Source: Octopus bimaculoides (Eukaryota). Taken from it: a DNA stretch of 52,999 bases. The position numbers were made by a program, and so were the translations under genes. The notes beneath the pieces are model-generated. The model saw only the letters and a program-made list of their open reading frames with translations. It searched no databases and was not told where the DNA came from. Where the stretch lies: NCBI RefSeq assembly GCF_001194135.2, contig NC_068989.1, positions 80,062,091-80,115,089 on the forward strand. Direction: 5' to 3'. Below are positions 49,490 to 52,999 of the stretch, piece by piece (position 1 is the stretch's first letter; each line of letters opens with the position of its first letter).

Positions 49490-51586
49490 ATATGTGTGTG
49501 TATGCATGTATGTATGTAGGTATGTATGTATATATATGTATGCATATATGCATATATATATATCGTCTTCCTTGGTGGGGGCGCAAATAAACACATGCAC
49601 TCGGAAATCTTTCGTCATACGTTTGCGACCTCTTCAGTGACACTTTCCGTCCTCGTGTATGCTCTTGCTCCACTTAGTCCATTTTCATGTGTTTATTTGC
49701 CACCTCATCCCCCAGCAAAAAAAAAAATAGATGACCATCCCGAAATACATTAATATCTGTTTCAACACACGGTTTAACACCAGGAATCTTGCAACACAAA
49801 TCCATAAACGTATATACATATATGCGTGTATGTGTGTGTGTGTGTGTATGTGTGTATGTGTGTGTATGCGTATGTCTGTGTGTGTGTGTGTGTGTATGTG
49901 TATGTGAGTAGTATGTAAATAGTAAGTAAGCCAGTTATTTTATATTTATAATAAGCTTGATTTAAATACAAATATACCCATATAAACATGCCTTCTGATT
50001 GGAGGTATGAAGCAAAATGTGTATAAAAATATCTACGTCTACTAAATACTCAAGTTAATGCCCCAATTACACTCAATGTAGTTTAAATGCACATACGCAA
50101 ACGCATATGTATACACATACATACACACACAAGCGCATACACACAGACGCGCGCATGCACACACACACACACATGCACACACGTACATATATGTATTGAA
50201 TTCGTGGTCAGCGAGTATCTCAGAAATAGAGTGTAATCCAGTTCGAAGCTACATAAGTAACTTAATTGTATAAACAGAGATATCGCCTCTTGTTTATCCA
50301 ATCTTTCAGAAACACCTTGTAGTCTTCTTTTTAGAATCTCATTTCCTATCTTGAAATTAAATCAATCTCAAGAAACACTACGAATTCTTTTGTTAATTAT
50401 CATTATTTTCTGCATAAGATGGGACTGAATTTCACATTCCTGTATTATTGATGGAGAGGAAAATTATAATACGTATATTTACTTTTACTTTGATGTGGAT
50501 ATTTGAACAGAGACACAATGCTAAATTAAATAGCTACGATTTGAAAACCACGAAAACTTCAAGAGAAAAAAATATTCAGAGTAAAACTCCAAGTAAAACA
50601 TAGGTATGTTATATTTTATTCGTGTCAATTATTCTCAATCCGTTGTTATTTTACTCAGAATCTAAGGTGTATATAAAATTTATGTATATAATTATATGCA
50701 GGGTCGTTATTATTTCGCGTTATAATATCATTTTGTATTAGATTTCATTAGGAGTAGATTGTCGTTTTAAAAAAAAAAGATGACTCAAATAAGCACTTAA
50801 AAATTTTGTTTTGTCTTCACTTAATATTGGATTGTATTCTGTGTTCATCGTTGAATGTAAAATTTAATAAATAGAAATCAAGTAGAATTAATTTTGAAGT
50901 CTTTTAAAAAGAATCTTTCAGGTTAAACTTTGCAAGTTGTCGCCATAAGCAGAAAAGAAATTCAGTCCCCACATTAGGAAGTGTATGAAATAAATGGAAT
51001 GCAGATTTTATTTCATGTTAACCTAAAAACGTTATGCAAATCATCAGCTTGAAATATCCGCTTTGTTAATTGAAAGAAGACACCCAACGTTTTCCTCAAC
51101 GGTAGCCATTTTGTTTTTGGTATATCTAATAATATAAAACACTATTTTACATTTGTCATTCTTTTTCCTCAAAGCAATGCATAAAAGTGTGCCTAAAGGG
51201 ATTAATTCTTTAAAAGAGAACGTAATTCTATGGATTTACATTGAATAACGTTATTGATTGAAAAACATTTATAAAATTTATTGCGTTAGCTCTATTCCTA
51301 TGTCGATTCACAATAATGTCATGACGTGGGATGAAAGCCAGTACGTAACAATCCAGTTTTATAGAGAAATCAAGAATATGTCGATATCTTACTATTATGT
51401 GTCTCTAAAGAATATCATTAAAACTTCTATCATTCCACTAGTCTTCCATTTGTACCATTTTACAAGCCTTCTGTCATATATTGTGCATGATATAAAGAAC
51501 GAAATTAATGTCTGTGTGTGTATATGCGTGTTTGTGTAGGTGTATATATGTATGTGTTTGTATGTGAGTGTGTGTCTGTGTGAATA

Positions 51587-51635
<49 letters not shown>

Positions 51636-52344
51636 GTGTGTGTATCTGTGCGTGTGTCTGTGTGTTCAGATATGAATTCCATTTCATGCAATTGATTCAA
51701 AATGTTTACTGGGCGTAAATCAAAGGCGCAATTTTGTGTAAACTATTCCGCGTGCGTAATTTTTTTTTTCTGTATTAGATACTTGTTAAGTTGTTATGCT
51801 AACCCCGAAAAAACAATTGGATTTCTCGCTTAATATTGTTTCTGTCACATGAAATATGTGATACAGAAATTTGTTGAGGTCAAATAGATTAATGCAAAGT
51901 CATCTCTCAATGTCAGTATCTAATTGATTTAATATACGATATTGTAACAGAATACGTGATAGGCACTCTAGCATCTAATCATTTATTCTTTCCTTCATAT
52001 TTTTGTCTTTTTTGTAAGAGAACTCTTTCCGTTAATATATCCATTGAAGCAGACATTTTCTTATCGCTAAGCAAATTTGTATTGAGGAAGGAAAACAGTT
52101 AATGAAAATGCGCTCATGAAGCATAGACCCCCTTTCGGAGCCTAGATTATCGACTGAGGATTTGCATCTCAAATATAACAAGAGCAAGCCAGTCTAAGTA
52201 TCTCTATATACTATATTCGAACTTCTCCCCACAGTCAAGCAAGAATTAGATACAACAAGATTTCTGTAAAAATTATTTTGGTATTAAATTGGAATTAGAC
52301 AGATTCTTGCCGAAGATTAGTAAGAGAAAGTTATGGAAGTAAAT

Positions 52345-52910
52345 TCCATACTCCAAACTGGGGTAATTCGATACCATCAACTCCAGCACTTATTGGGTGC
52401 TATGTCTTATTGACTCCGAACCCAAGCGAATGAAAGGCTAAGTCGATGTCAATAGAATTCGAACTCAGAATGTGAAGAGTCGGAAAAAATACTGATTCAG
52501 CAAGATCTCAACCTTCTTAACAGTGGTTTATATAATTTAGGCACCAGGCCATCAATGGTAAGGAATGGAAATCGATAATTACCCCAATTCCAGAAATTTA
52601 CTGCTACTTGATCAAGTAATGGTGTGAATGGTGTCCAATTTACACCCACTCCCAGTTGAAAGGAACAGATAGCGTGGAACCGTAGGCTGCAGATAGCAAG
52701 GTCGCTACGTATGCAAGACTCCCGGAGCATGGAGGTTATAATGATGATGATGATGATTTTGGCACGAGGCCAGCAATTTCTGGGTCGGGGTTAAATCGAT
52801 TACATCGACACCGGTAGTTGACTGGTGGTGTTTATTTTATTGGACCGGAAAGGATAAAAGGTAAAGTCCAACTCTACGGAATTTGATCTCAGTCTGCCAA
52901 CTCGGTGCCT
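52345..52910 (-). mobile_element. Cluster of family M SINE fragments (52345-52500, 52535-52615, 52757-52910)
   Basis: gaatgaaaggctaagtcga..gaattcgaactcagaa; aatttaggcaccaggcc; ttttggcacgaggccagcaatt..cgattacatcgac..ggataaaaggtaaagtc. Confidence 0.7.
52654..52757 (+). mobile_element. 3' UTR tip of Dong-like family B with (GAT)n tail
   Basis: agttgaaaggaacagatagcgtggaaccgtaggctgcagatagcaaggtcgctacgtatgcaagac aligns to 19584-19650. Confidence 0.7.
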
Positions 52911-52931
52911 TAAATAATAATAATAATAACG

Positions 52932-52999
<68 letters not shown>

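Noticed and set aside
50421-50969. 13-bp inverted repeat GGGACTGAATTTC / GAAATTCAGTCCC about 520 bp apart
   Set aside because: No TSD and no extension of symmetry; could be chance or a very old MITE.

Overview
AT-rich, microsatellite-dense animal DNA from a gapped assembly (11 N-runs, nearly all abutting simple repeats). The SINE families and repeat landscape look like a cephalopod (Octopus-like) genome; this is inference from pattern recognition. No protein-coding gene, true tRNA/rRNA gene or CRISPR array can be supported, and almost every ORF in the track is a microsatellite or N-gap artefact. The window holds: (i) about 30 copies of at least five tRNA-derived SINE families that share and swap modules; (ii) degraded LINE remnants (three R4/Dong-like RLE elements, plus HERO-like, RTE and CR1/Jockey-type pieces); (iii) DNA-transposon remnants (Chapaev3-like, Tc1/mariner-like, and a complete 594-bp MITE with 37-bp TIRs and an 8-bp TSD). 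The most unusual structures are a perfect 64-bp (CCCTAA)5/(TTAGGG)5 palindrome inside the MITE, an inverted tRNA-SINE with a hammerhead-ribozyme-like tail inside a 13-bp TSD, SINE dimers and trimers with an exact 217-bp period, and paired hammerhead-like motifs at 46.9-47.4 kb. All translations and alignments were done by eye; family names come from remembered motifs and need database confirmation.
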